From: Eledone cirrhosa
Taxonomy: Eukaryota
Direction: 5' to 3'
Assembly (NCBI GenBank): GCA_964016885.1
Contig: OZ024742.1
Coordinates: forward strand, 6,200,001-6,264,000
DNA length: 64,000 nucleotides
Made by a program: the position numbers and the translations under genes. Within the stretch, counting starts at the first letter, position 1. Every line of letters begins with the position of its first letter. The notes below the pieces were generated by a model that saw only the letters and a list, made by a program, of their open reading frames with translations, was not told the origin of the DNA and did not search any database. Below are positions 39,263 to 57,900 of this stretch, piece after piece.

Positions 39263-39980
39263 TACTAAAAACATGCACTAAAAATATTTCATTTAATTTC
39301 AACAGAAGAAGCTAAAATCCTAGACATATCCAACGTAATCATATAAGTATATTTATATATATATATTTTCTTATCCTTTGCTTTTAAAGATATAAGCTGA
39401 CAAGAAAACTGAAATAAGAATTTCTTTAATGTAATAATTAGTTAGGCTGTATCTCAAGAGAAACATTACACAGATTCATTACTTTTTCCCTCTATTTCTT
39501 CATTTCTTTATTGTCGTTGATAGAAAGAAATGACTTCTATTGGATTTAACAAGTAAAGTGTCTTTTGATGTAGGAGATTTTAGAATTGAATGCTGTAAGT
39601 TGAAAACACAACATTAGAAAGCATATAACCCAGTTAAGGAAAAGTGGCTTAGGAAGTACTTTTTAAAATGTGGGTATATATTCTATCTGTAGCAGTGGAG
39701 TGGCCAAGTGGGTAAGTTTCTGTATCACAAACAACTTCTTATTTTTCTTCTTATCCTCCTCCTCCTCCCTTGTCCCCCCCCCCCAAGAGAGAGAGAGAGA
39801 AGGAGTGAGAGAGAGAGAATATGACAGTGATGGAGAGGAAGTAAGAAAGAGATATAGAGGAAGAACTGGCCCCAGTACTCGACTGGTACATGTTTATCAG
39901 CCTAGAAAGGAGGAAAGGTAAAGTTGACGTGAGTGGGGTTTGAACTGAGAACCTACAGAGTGTGCTGATTCACTGCCTCC

Positions 39981-42900
39981 CACCACACCACACCACACCA
40001 CACTACACCACACCACACTACACTACACCACACCACACCACACCACACCACACCACACCACACCACACCACACCACACCACACTACACCACACCACACTT
40101 CACTACACCACACCACACCACACCACACCACACTACACCACACCACACCACACCACACCACACCACACCACACCACACCACACCACACTTCACTACACCA
40201 CACCACACCACACCACACCACACCACACCACACCACACCACACCACACCACACTTCACTACACCACACCACACCACACCACACCACACTACACCACACCA
40301 CACCACACCACACCACACCACACCACACCACACCACACCACACTTCACTACACCACACCACACCACACCACACCACACCACACCACACCACACCACACCA
40401 CACCACACCACACTACACTACACCACACTACACTACACCACACCACACCACACCACACCACACCACACTACACCACACCACACCACACCACACCACACCA
40501 CACCACACCACACCACACCACACCACACCACACCACACCACACTACACTACACTACACCACACCACACCACACAACACAACACTATACTCCAAACCACAC
40601 CACACCACACCACACAACACTATACTCCACACTACACTACACCACACCACACCACACCACACCACACTATATACCACACTACACCACACCACACTACACC
40701 ACACAACACTATACTCCACACTACACTACACCACACCACACCACACCACACTATATACCACACTACACCACACCACACCACACCACACCACACTATATAC
40801 CACACTACACCACACCACACCACACCACACAACACTATACTCCACACTACACTACACCACACCACACCACACCACACCACACTATATACCACACTACACC
40901 ACACCACACTACACCACACAACACTATACTCCACACTACACTACACCACACCACACCACACCACACTATACTCCACACTACACTACACCACACCACACCA
41001 CACCACACCACACTATATACCACACTACACCACACCACACTACACCACACAACACTATACTCCACACTACACTACACCACACCACACCACACTATACTCC
41101 ACACTACACTACACCACACCACACAACACTATACTCCACACTACACTACACCACACCACACCACACCACACTGTATACCACACTACACCACACCACACTA
41201 CACCACACAACACTATACTCCACACTACACTACACCACACCACACCACACTATATACCACACTACACCACACCACACTACACCACACAACACTATACTCC
41301 ACACTACACTACACCACACCACACCACACTATATACCACACTACACCACACCACACCACACCACACTATACTCCACACTACACCACACCACACTATACTC
41401 CACACTACACTACACCACACCACACCACACTATACTCCACGCTACACCACACCACACCACGCAACACTATATACCACACTACACCACACCACACCACACC
41501 ACACTATACTCCACACCACACCACACCACATTATACTCCACAATACACCACACCACACAACACTATACTCCACACTACACTACACCACACCACACCACAC
41601 CACACCACACTATACTCCACACTACACCACACCACACTATACTCCACACTACACCACACCACACCACACAACACTATACTCCACACTACACTACACCACA
41701 CCACACCACACTATATACTACACTACACCACACCACACTATATACCACACTACACCACACCACACCACACCACACCACACTATATACTACACTACACCAC
41801 ACCACACCACACCACACCACACTATATACTACACTACACCACACCACACTATATACCACACTACACCACACCACACCAAACCACACCACACTATATACTG
41901 CACTACACTACACCACACCACACCACACTATATACTACACTCTACACTACACCACACCACACCACACAACACTATATACCACACTACACCACACCACACC
42001 ACACCACACTATACTCCACACCACACCACACCACACCACACTATACTCCACACTACACCACACCACACCACACAACACTATATACCACACTACACCACAC
42101 CACACCACACTATACTCCACACCACACCACACCACACTATACTCCACACTACACCACACCACACCACACCACACCACACTATATACCACACTACACCACA
42201 CCACACCACACCACACCACACAACACTATATACCACACTACACCACACCACACCACACTATACTCCACACCACACCACACCACACTATACTCCACACTAC
42301 ACTACACCACACCACACAACACTATACTCCACACTACACTACACCACACCACACCACACCACACTATATACCACACTACACCACACCACACCACACCACA
42401 CTATATACCACACTACACCACACCACACCACACCACACCACACCACACTATATACCACACTACACCACACCACACCACACCACACCACACTATATACTAC
42501 ACTACACTACACCACACCACACCACACCACAATATATACTACACTACACCACACCACACCACACCACACCACACTATATACCACACTACACCACACCACA
42601 CCATACCACACCACACTATATACCACACTACACCACACCACACCACACCACACCACACTATATACCACACTACACCACACCACACCACACCACACTATAT
42701 ACTACACTACACCACACCACATCACACTACACCACACCACACCACACCACACTATACTCCACACCACACCACACCACACAACACTATACTCCACACTACA
42801 CTACACCACACCACACCACACCACACCACACTACACAACACCACACCACACTACACTACACCACACTACACCACACACCACTACACTACACCACACCACA

Positions 42901-45900
42901 CACCACTATACTATATACTACACTTCACCACACCACACCACACTATATTCCACACTACACTACACCACACAACACTATACTCCACACTACACTACACCAC
43001 ACAACACTATACTCCACACTACACTACACCACACACCACTACACTACACCACACCACACAACACTATACTCCACACTACACTACACCACACCACACTACA
43101 CCACACAACACTATACTCCACACTACACTACACCACACCACACCACACTATACTCCACACTTCACTACACCACACAACACTATACTCCACACTACACTAC
43201 ACCACACCACACCACACCACACTACACCACACAACACTATACTCCACACTACACTACACCACACCACACCACACTATACTCCACACTTCACTACACCACA
43301 CCACACTATACTCCACACTACACTACACCACACCACACCACACCACACTACACCACACCACACTATACTCCACACTACACTACACCACACCACACCACAC
43401 TATATACTACACTACACCACACCACACCACACCACACCACACTATATACTACACTACACTACACCACACCACACCACACCACACTATATACCACACTACA
43501 CCACACCACACCACACCACACCACACTATATACTACACTACACCACACCACACCACACCACACCACACTATATACTACACTACAATACATCACACCACGC
43601 CACACCACACTATATACCACACTACACCACACCACACCACACAACACCACACTATATACTACACTACACTACACCACACCAAACCACACCACACTATATA
43701 CTACACTACACCACACTACACTACACCACACCACACCACACCACACTATATACTACACTACACCACACCACACCACACCACACCACACCACACTATATAC
43801 TACACTACACTACACCACACCACACCACACCACACTATATACTACACTACACCACACCACACCACACCACACCACACTATATACTACACTACACCACACT
43901 ACACTACACCACACCACACCACACCACACTATATACTACACTACACCACACCACACCACACCACACCACACCACACTATATACTACACTACACAGCACCA
44001 CACCACACCACACCACACCACACTATATACTACACTACACCACACCACACCACACCACACCACACTATATACTACACTACACCACACCACACCACACTAC
44101 ACCACACCACACCACACCACACTATATACTACACTACACCACACCACACCACACCACACTATATACTACACTACATCACACCACACCACACCACACCACA
44201 CCACACCACACTATATACTACACTACACCACACCACACCACACCACACTACACCACACTACACCACACCACACCACACCACACTATATACTACACTACAC
44301 CACACCACACCACACCACACTACACCACACCACACAACACTATACTCCACACCACACTACACCACACCACACCACACTACACCACACCACACTACACAAC
44401 ACCACACCACACCACACTACACCACACTACACCACACCACACCACACCACACTATACTACACCACACCACACTATACTACACCACACCACACTATACTCC
44501 ACACTACACTACACCACACCACACCACACCACACTACACCACACCACACTACACCACACCACACCACACCACACTATACTACACCACACCACACTATACT
44601 CCACACTACACTACACCACACCACACCACACCACACTACACCACACCACACCACACCACACTACACCACACCACACTACACCACACCAGACCACACTATA
44701 CTCCACACCACACTACACCACACCACACCACACCACACCACACCACACCACACTATACTACACCACACCACACTACACAACACCACACCACACTATACTC
44801 CACACCACACTACACCACACCACACCACACCACACTACACCACACCACACCACACCACACTACACCACACCACACCACACCACACTATATACCACACTAC
44901 ACCACACCACACCACACTATATACCACACTACACCACACCACACCACACTATACTACACACTTCACCACACCACACTATACTCCACACCACACCACACCA
45001 CACCACACCACACCACACTATATACCACACTACACCACACCACACCACACTATATACCACACTACACCACACCACACCACACTATACTCCACACTTCACT
45101 ACACCACACCACACCACACTATATACCACACTTCACTACACCACACCACACCACACTATACTCCACACTTCACTTCACCACACCACACCACACTTCACTA
45201 CACCACACCACACTTCACTACACCACACCACACTACACCACACCACACCACACTATTTTCCACACTTCACTACACCACACCACACCACACCACACTATAC
45301 TCCACACTACACCACACCACACCACACTATACTCCACACTTCACTTCACCACACCACACCACACTATACTCCACACTTCACCACACCACACCACACCACT
45401 CTATACTCCACACTTCACTACACCACACCACACTATACTCCACACTTCACCACACCACTCCACACTATACTCCACACTACACCACACCACACAACACTAT
45501 ACTCCACACTTCACTTCACCACACCACACCACACTATACTCCACACTTCACTTCACCACACCACACCACACTATACTCCACACTTCACTTCACCACACCA
45601 CACTATACTCCACACTTCACTTCACCACACCACACCACACTATACTCCACACTTCACTTCACCACACCACACCACACTATACTCCACACTTCACCACACC
45701 ACACCACACTATACTCCACACTTCACCACACCACACCACACTATACTCCACACTTCACCACACCACACCACACTATACTCTACACTACACCACACCACAC
45801 CACACTATACTCCACACTTCACTTCACCACACCACAGCACACTATACTCCACACTTCACTTCACCACACCACACCACACTATACTCCACACTTCACTTCA

Positions 45901-48900
45901 CCACACCACACCACACTATACTCCACACTTCACTTCACCACACCACACCACACTATACTCCACACTTCACCACACCACACCACACTATACTCCACACTAC
46001 ACCACACCACACTATACTCCACACTACACCACACCACACCACACAACACTATACTCCACACTACACTACACCACACCACACCACACTATATACTACACTA
46101 CACCACACCACACCACACCACACCACACTATATACCACACTACACCACACCACACCACACCACACCACACTATATACTACACTACACCACACCACACCAA
46201 ACCACACCACACTATATACTACACTACACCACACCACACCACACTATATACTACACTACACCACACCACACCACACAACACTATATACCACACTACACCA
46301 CACCACACCACACCACACTATACTCCACACCACACCACACCACACTATACTCCACACTACACCACACCACACCACACAACACTATATACCACACTACACC
46401 ACACCACACCACACCACACTATACTCCACACCACACCACACCACACTATACTCATCACTACACCACACCACACCACACAACACTATACTCCACACTACAC
46501 TACACCACACCACACCACACTATATAACACACTACACCACACCACACCACACCACACTATATACCACACTACACCACACCACACCACACCACACCACACC
46601 ACACTATATACCACACTACACCACACCACACCACACCACACAACACCACACCACACCACACTACACCACACTACACCACACCACACCACACCACACTATA
46701 CTACACCACACCACACTATACTACACCACACCACACTATACTCCACACTACACTACACCACACCACACCACACCACACTACACCACACCACACTACACCA
46801 CACCACACCACACCACACCACACTATACTACACCACACCACACTATACTCCACACTACACTACACCACACCACACCACACTACACCACACCACACCACAC
46901 CACACTACACCACACCACACTACACCACACCAGACCACACTATACTCCACATCACACTACACCACACCACACCACACCACACCACACCACACCACACTAT
47001 ACTACACCACACCACACTACACAACACCACACCACACTATACTCCACACCACACTACACCACACCACACCACACCACACTACACCACACCACACCACACC
47101 ACACTACACCACACCACACCACACCACACCACACCACACCACACTATATACCACACTACACCACACCACACCACACTATATACCACACTACACCACAACA
47201 CACCACACTATACTACACACTTCACCACACCACACTATACTCCACACCACACCACACCACACCACACCACACTATATACCACACTACACCACACCACACC
47301 ACACTATGTACCACACTACACCACACCACACCACACTATACTCCACACTTCACTACACCACACCACACCACACTATATACCACACTTCACTACACCACAC
47401 CACACCACACTATACTCCACACTTCACTTCACCACACCACACCACACTTCACTACACCACACCACACTTCACTACACCACACCACACTACACCACACCAC
47501 ACCACACTATTTTCCACACTTCACTACACCACACCACACCACACCACACTATACTCCACACTACACCACACCACACCACACTATACTCCACACTTCACTT
47601 CACCACACCACACCACACTATACTCCACACTTCACCACACCACACCACACCACTCTATACTCCACACTTCACTACACCACACCACACTATACTCCACACT
47701 TCACCACACCACTCCACACTATACTCCACACTTCACCACTCCACACTTCGCCACACCACACCACAGCACACCACACTATACTCCACACTACACCACACCA
47801 CACAACACTATACTCCACACTTCACTTCACCACACCACACCACACTATACTCCACACTTCACTTCACCACACCACACCACACTATACTCCACACTTCACT
47901 TCACCACACCACACTATACTTCACACTTCACTTCACCACACCACACCACACTATACTCCACACTTCACTTCACCACACCACACCACACTATACTCCACAC
48001 TTCACCACACCACACCACACTATACTCCACACTTCACCACACCACACCACACTATACTCCACACTTCACCACACCACACCACACTATACTCTACACTACA
48101 CCACACCACACCACACTATACTCCACACTTCACTTCACCACACCACAGCACACTATACTCCACACTTCACTTCACCACACCACACCACACTATACTCCAC
48201 ACTTCACTTCACCACACCACACCACACTATACTCCACACTTCACTTCACCACACCACACCACACTATACTCCACACTTCACCACACCACACCACACTATA
48301 CTCCACACTACACCACACCACACTATACTCCACACTACACCACACCACACCACACAACACTATACTCCACACTACACTACACCACACCACACCACACTAT
48401 ATACTACACTACACCACACCACACCACACCACACCACACTATATACCACACTACACCACACCACACCACACCACACCACACTATATACTACACTACACCA
48501 CACCACACCAAACCACACCACACTATATACTACACTACACCACACCACACCACACTATATACTACACTACACCACACCACACCACACAACACTATATACC
48601 ACACTACACCACACCACACCACACCACACTATACTCCACACCACACCACACCACACTATACTCCACACTACACCACACCACACCACACAACACTATATAC
48701 CACACTACACCACACCACACCACACCACACTATACTCCACACCACACCACACCACACTATACTCATCACTACACCACACCACACCACACAACACTATACT
48801 CCACACTACACTACACCACACCACACCACACCACACTATATACCACACTACACCACACCACACCACACCACACTATATACCACACTACACCACACCACAC

Positions 48901-51900
48901 CACACCACACCACACCACACTATATACCACACTACACCACACCACACCACACCACACTATACTCCACACTACACCACACCACACTATACTCCACACTACA
49001 CCACACCACACCACACAACACTATACTCCACACTACACTACACCACACCACACCACACTATATACTACACTACACCACACCACACTATATACCACACTAC
49101 ACCACACCACACCACACCACACCACACTATATACTACACTACACCACACCACACCAAACCACACCACACTATATACTGCACTACACTACACCACACCACA
49201 CCACACTATATACTACACTCTACACTACACCACACCACACCACACAACACTATATACCACACTACACCACACCACACCACACCACACTATACTCCACACC
49301 ACACCACACCACACCACACTATACTCCACACTACACCACACCACACCACACAACACTATATACCACACTACACCACACCACACCACACTATACTCCACAC
49401 CACACCACACCACACTATACTCCACACTACACCACACCACACCACACCACACCACACTATATACCACACTACACCACACCACACCACACCACACCACACA
49501 ACACTATATACCACACTACACCACACCACACCACACTATACTCCACACCACACCACACCACACTATACTCCACACTACACTACACCACACCACACAACAC
49601 TATACTCCACACTACACTACACCACACCACACCACACCACACTATATACCACACTACACCACACCACACCACACCACACTATATACCACACTACACCACA
49701 CCACACCACACCACACCACACCACACTATATACCACACTACACCACACCACACCACACCACACCACACTATATACTACACTACACTACACCACACCACAC
49801 CACACCACAATATATACTACACTACACCACACCACACCACACCACACCACACTATATACCACACTACACCACACCACACCATACCACACCACACTATATA
49901 CCACACTACACCACACCACACCACACCACACCACACTATATACCACACTACACCACACCACACCACACCACACTATATACTACACTACACCACACCACAT
50001 CACACTACACCACACCACACCACACCACACTATACTCCACACCACACCACACCACACAACACTATACTCCACACTACACTACACCACACCACACCACACC
50101 ACACCACACTACACAACACCACACCACACTACACTACACCACACTACACCACACACCACTACACTACACCACACCACACACCACTATACTATATACTACA
50201 CTTCACCACACCACACCACACTATATTCCACACTACACTACACCACACAACACTATACTCCACACTACACTACACCACACAACACTATACTCCACACTAC
50301 ACTACACCACACACCACTACACTACACCACACCACACAACACTATACTCCACACTACACTACACCACACCACACTACACCACACAACACTATACTCCACA
50401 CTACACTACACCACACCACACCACACTATACTCCACACTTCACTACACCACACAACACTATACTCCACACTACACTACACCACACCACACCACACCACAC
50501 TACACCACACAACACTATACTCCACACTACACTACACCACACCACACCACACTATACTCCACACTTCACTACACCACACCACACTATACTCCACACTACA
50601 CTACACCACACCACACCACACCACACTACACCACACCACACTATACTCCACACTACACTACACCACACCACACCACACTATATACTACACTACACCACAC
50701 CACACCACACCACACCACACTATATACTACACTACACTACACCACACCACACCACACCACACTATATACCACACTACACCACACCACACCACACCACACC
50801 ACACTATATACTACACTACACCACACCACACCACACCACACCACACTATATACTACACTACAATACATCACACCACGCCACACCACACTATATACCACAC
50901 TACACCACACCACACCACACAACACCACACTATATACTACACTACACTACACCACACCAAACCACACCACACTATATACTACACTACACCACACTACACT
51001 ACACCACACCACACCACACCACACTATATACTACACTACACCACACCACACCACACCACACCACACCACACTATATACTACACTACACTACACCACACCA
51101 CACCACACCACACTATATACTACACTACACCACACCACACCACACCACACCACACTATATACTACACTACACCACACTACACTACACCACACCACACCAC
51201 ACCACACTATATACTACACTACACCACACCACACCACACCACACCACACCACACTATATACTACACTACACAGCACCACACCACACCACACCACACCACA
51301 CTATATACTACACTACACCACACCACACCACACCACACCACACTATATACTACACTACACCACACCACACCACACTACACCACACCACACCACACCACAC
51401 TATATACTACACTACACCACACCACACCACACCACACTATATACTACACTACATCACACCACACCACACCACACCACACCACACCACACTATATACTACA
51501 CTACACCACACCACACCACACCACACTACACCACACTACACCACACCACACCACACCACACTATATACTACACTACACCACACCACACCACACCACACTA
51601 CACCACACCACACAACACTATACTCCACACCACACTACACCACACCACACCACACTACACCACACCACACTACACAACACCACACCACACCACACTACAC
51701 CACACTACACCACACCACACCACACCACACTATACTACACCACACCACACTATACTACACCACACCACACTATACTCCACACTACACTACACCACACCAC
51801 ACCACACCACACTACACCACACCACACTACACCACACCACACCACACCACACTATACTACACCACACCACACTATACTCCACACTACACTACACCACACC

Positions 51901-54900
51901 ACACCACACCACACTACACCACACCACACCACACCACACTACACCACACCACACTACACCACACCAGACCACACTATACTCCACACCACACTACACCACA
52001 CCACACCACACCACACCACACCACACCACACTATACTACACCACACCACACTACACAACACCACACCACACTATACTCCACACCACACTACACCACACCA
52101 CACCACACCACACTACACCACACCACACCACACCACACTACACCACACCACACCACACCACACTATATACCACACTACACCACACCACACCACACTATAT
52201 ACCACACTACACCACACCACACCACACTATACTACACACTTCACCACACCACACTATACTCCACACCACACCACACCACACCACACCACACCACACTATA
52301 TACCACACTACACCACACCACACCACACTATATACCACACTACACCACACCACACCACACTATACTCCACACTTCACTACACCACACCACACCACACTAT
52401 ATACCACACTTCACTACACCACACCACACCACACTATACTCCACACTTCACTTCACCACACCACACCACACTTCACTACACCACACCACACTTCACTACA
52501 CCACACCACACTACACCACACCACACCACACTATTTTCCACACTTCACTACACCACACCACACCACACCACACTATACTCCACACTACACCACACCACAC
52601 CACACTATACTCCACACTTCACTTCACCACACCACACCACACTATACTCCACACTTCACCACACCACACCACACCACTCTATACTCCACACTTCACTACA
52701 CCACACCACACTATACTCCACACTTCACCACACCACTCCACACTATACTCCACACTACACCACACCACACAACACTATACTCCACACTTCACTTCACCAC
52801 ACCACACCACACTATACTCCACACTTCACTTCACCACACCACACCACACTATACTCCACACTTCACTTCACCACACCACACTATACTCCACACTTCACTT
52901 CACCACACCACACCACACTATACTCCACACTTCACTTCACCACACCACACCACACTATACTCCACACTTCACCACACCACACCACACTATACTCCACACT
53001 TCACCACACCACACCACACTATACTCCACACTTCACCACACCACACCACACTATACTCTACACTACACCACACCACACCACACTATACTCCACACTTCAC
53101 TTCACCACACCACAGCACACTATACTCCACACTTCACTTCACCACACCACACCACACTATACTCCACACTTCACTTCACCACACCACACCACACTATACT
53201 CCACACTTCACTTCACCACACCACACCACACTATACTCCACACTTCACCACACACACCACACTATACTCCACACTACACCACACCACACTATACTCCACA
53301 CTACACCACACCACACCACACAACACTATACTCCACACTACACTACACCACACCACACCACACTATATACTACACTACACCACACCACACCACACCACAC
53401 CACACTATATACCACACTAACCACACCACACCACACCACACCACACTATATACTACACTACACCACACCACACAAAACCACAACACACTATATACTACAC
53501 TACACCACACCACACCACACTATATACTACACTACACCACACCACACCACACAACACTATATACCACACTACACCACACCACACCACACCACCTTACTCC
53601 ACACCACACCACACCACACTATACTCCACACTACACACACCACACCACACAACACTATATACTCACACTACACCACACCACACCACACTCCACACTATAC
53701 TCACACCACACCACCACCACACCAACACTATACTCATCACTACACCACACCCCACCACCCACACAACCCACAATACTCCACACTACACTACACCACACCA
53801 CACCACACTATATAACACACTACCCACACCACACCTATATACCACACTACACCACACCACACCACACCACACCACACCACACTATATACCACACTACACC
53901 ACACCACACCACACCACACAACACCACACCACACCACACTACACCACACTACACCACACCACACCACACCACACTATACTACACCACACCACACTATACT
54001 ACACCACACCACACTATACTCCACACTACACTACACCACACCACACCACACCACACTACACCACACCACACTACACCACACCACACCACACCACACCACA
54101 CTATACTACACCACACCACACTATACTCCACACTACACTACACCACACCACACCACACTACACCACACCACACCACACCACACTACACCACACCACACTA
54201 CACCACACCAGACCACACTATACTCCACATCACACTACACCACACCACACCACACCACACCACACCACACCACACTATACTACACCACACCACACTACAC
54301 AACACCACACCACACTATACTCCACACCACACTACACCACACCACACCACACCACACTACACCACACCACACCACACCACACTACACCACACCACACCAC
54401 ACCACACCACACCACACCACACTATATACCACACTACACCACACCACACCACACTATATACCACACTACACCACAACACACCACACTATACTACACACTT
54501 CACCACACCACACTATACTCCACACCACACCACACCACACCACACCACACTATATACCACACTACACCACACCACACCACACTATGTACCACACTACACC
54601 ACACCACACCACACTATACTCCACACTTCACTACACCACACCACACCACACTATATACCACACTTCACTACACCACACCACACCACACTATACTCCACAC
54701 TTCACTTCACCACACCACACCACACTTCACTACACCACACCACACTTCACTACACCACACCACACTACACCACACCACACCACACTATTTTCCACACTTC
54801 ACTACACCACACCACACCACACCACACTATACTCCACACTACACCACACCACACCACACTATACTCCACACTTCACTTCACCACACCACACCACACTATA

Positions 54901-57900
54901 CTCCACACTTCACCACACCACACCACACCACTCTATACTCCACACTTCACTACACCACACCACACTATACTCCACACTTCACCACACCACTCCACACTAT
55001 ACTCCACACTTCACCACTCCACACTTCGCCACACCACACCACAGCACACCACACTATACTCCACACTACACCACACCACACAACACTATACTCCACACTT
55101 CACTTCACCACACCACACCACACTATACTCCACACTTCACTTCACCACACCACACCACACTATACTCCACACTTCACTTCACCACACCACACTATACTTC
55201 ACACTTCACTTCACCACACCACACCACACTATACTCCACACTTCACTTCACCACACCACACCACACTATACTCCACACTTCACCACACCACACCACACTA
55301 TACTCCACACTTCACCACACCACACCACACTATACTCCACACTTCACCACACCACACCACACTATACTCTACACTACACCACACCACACCACACTATACT
55401 CCACACTTCACTTCACCACACCACAGCACACTATACTCCACACTTCACTTCACCACACCACACCACACTATACTCCACACTTCACTTCACCACACCACAC
55501 CACACTATACTCCACACTTCACTTCACCACACCACACCACACTATACTCCACACTTCACCACACCACACCACACTATACTCCACACTACACCACACCACA
55601 CTATACTCCACACTACACCACACCACACCACACAACACTATACTCCACACTACACTACACCACACCACACCACACTATATACTACACTACACCACACCAC
55701 ACCACACCACACCACACTATATACCACACTACACCACACCACACCACACCACACCACACTATATACTACACTACACCACACCACACCAAACCACACCACA
55801 CTATATACTACACTACACCACACCACACCACACTATATACTACACTACACCACACCACACCACACAACACTATATACCACACTACACCACACCACACCAC
55901 ACCACACTATACTCCACACCACACCACACCACACTATACTCCACACTACACCACACCACACCACACAACACTATATACCACACTACACCACACCACACCA
56001 CACCACACTATACTCCACACCACACCACACCACACTATACTCATCACTACACCACACCACACCACACAACACTATACTCCACACTACACTACACCACACC
56101 ACACCACACCACACTATATACCACACTACACCACACCACACCACACCACACTATATACCACACTACACCACACCACACCACACCACACCACACCACACTA
56201 TATACCACACTACACCACACCACACCACACCACACCACACTATATACCACACTACACCACACCACACCACACCACACCACACCACACTATATACCACACT
56301 ACACCACACCACACCACACCACACCACACCACACTATATACCACACTACACCACACCACACCACACCACACTATATACTACACTACACCACACGACACCA
56401 CACTACACCACACCACACCACACCACACTATACTCCACACCACACCACACCACACAACACTATACTCCACACTACACTACACCACACCAGACCACACCAC
56501 ACCACACTACACCACACCACACCACACTACACCACACCACACCACACCACACCACACCACACTACACCACACCACACCACACTACACCACACTACACCAC
56601 ACACCACTACACTTCACCACACCACACCACACTATATTCCACACTACACTACACCACACAACACTATACTCCACACTACACTACACCACACACCACTACA
56701 CTACACCACACCACACAACACTATACTCCACACTACACTACACCACACCACACTACACCACACCACACCACACTATATACCACACTACACCACACCACAC
56801 CACACTATACTCCACACTTCACTACACCACACCACACCACACTATATACCACACTTCACTACACCACACCACACCACACTATACTCCACACTTCACTTCA
56901 CCACACCACACCACACTTCACTACACCACACCACACTTCACTACACCACACCACACTACACCACACCACACCACACTATACTCCACACTTCACTACACCA
57001 CACCACACCACACCACACTATACTCCACACTACACCACACCACACCACACTATACTCCACACTTCACTTCACCACACCACACCACACTATACTCCACACT
57101 TCACCACACCACAGCACACCACACTATACTCCACACTACACCACACCACACAACACTATACTCCACACTTCACTTCACCACACCACACCACACTATACTC
57201 CACACTTCACTTCACCACACCACACTATACTCCACACTTCACTTCACCACACCACACCACACTATACTCCACACTTCACTTCACCACACCACACCACACT
57301 ATACTCCACACTTCACTTCACCACACCACACCACACTATACTCCACACTTCACCACACCACAGCACACCACACTATACTCCACACTACACCACACCACAC
57401 AACACTATACTCCACACTTCACTTCACCACACCACACCACACTATACTCCACACTTCACTTCACCACACCACACTATACTCCACACTTCACTTCACCACA
57501 CCACACTATACTCCACACTTCACTTCACCACACCACACCACACTATACTCCACACTACACCACACCACACCACACTATACTCCACACTTCACTTCACCAC
57601 ACCACACCACACTATACTCCACACTTCACCACACCACAGCACACCACACTATACTCCACACTACACCACACCACACAACACTATACTCCACACTTCACTT
57701 CACCACACCACACCACACTATACTCCACACTTCACTTCACCACACCACACTATACTCCACACTTCACTTCACCACACCACACCACACTATACTCCACACT
57801 TCACTTCACCACACCACACCACACTATACTCCACACTTGACCACACCACACCACACTATACTCCACACTTCACCACACCACACCACACTATACTCCACAC

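Noticed and set aside
39962-53815. 4617-aa His/Thr/Pro-rich ORF
   Set aside because: Translation of a pentamer satellite nearly lacking G, so stops are rare in every plus frame; 5-nt period, no codon structure, no ATG start
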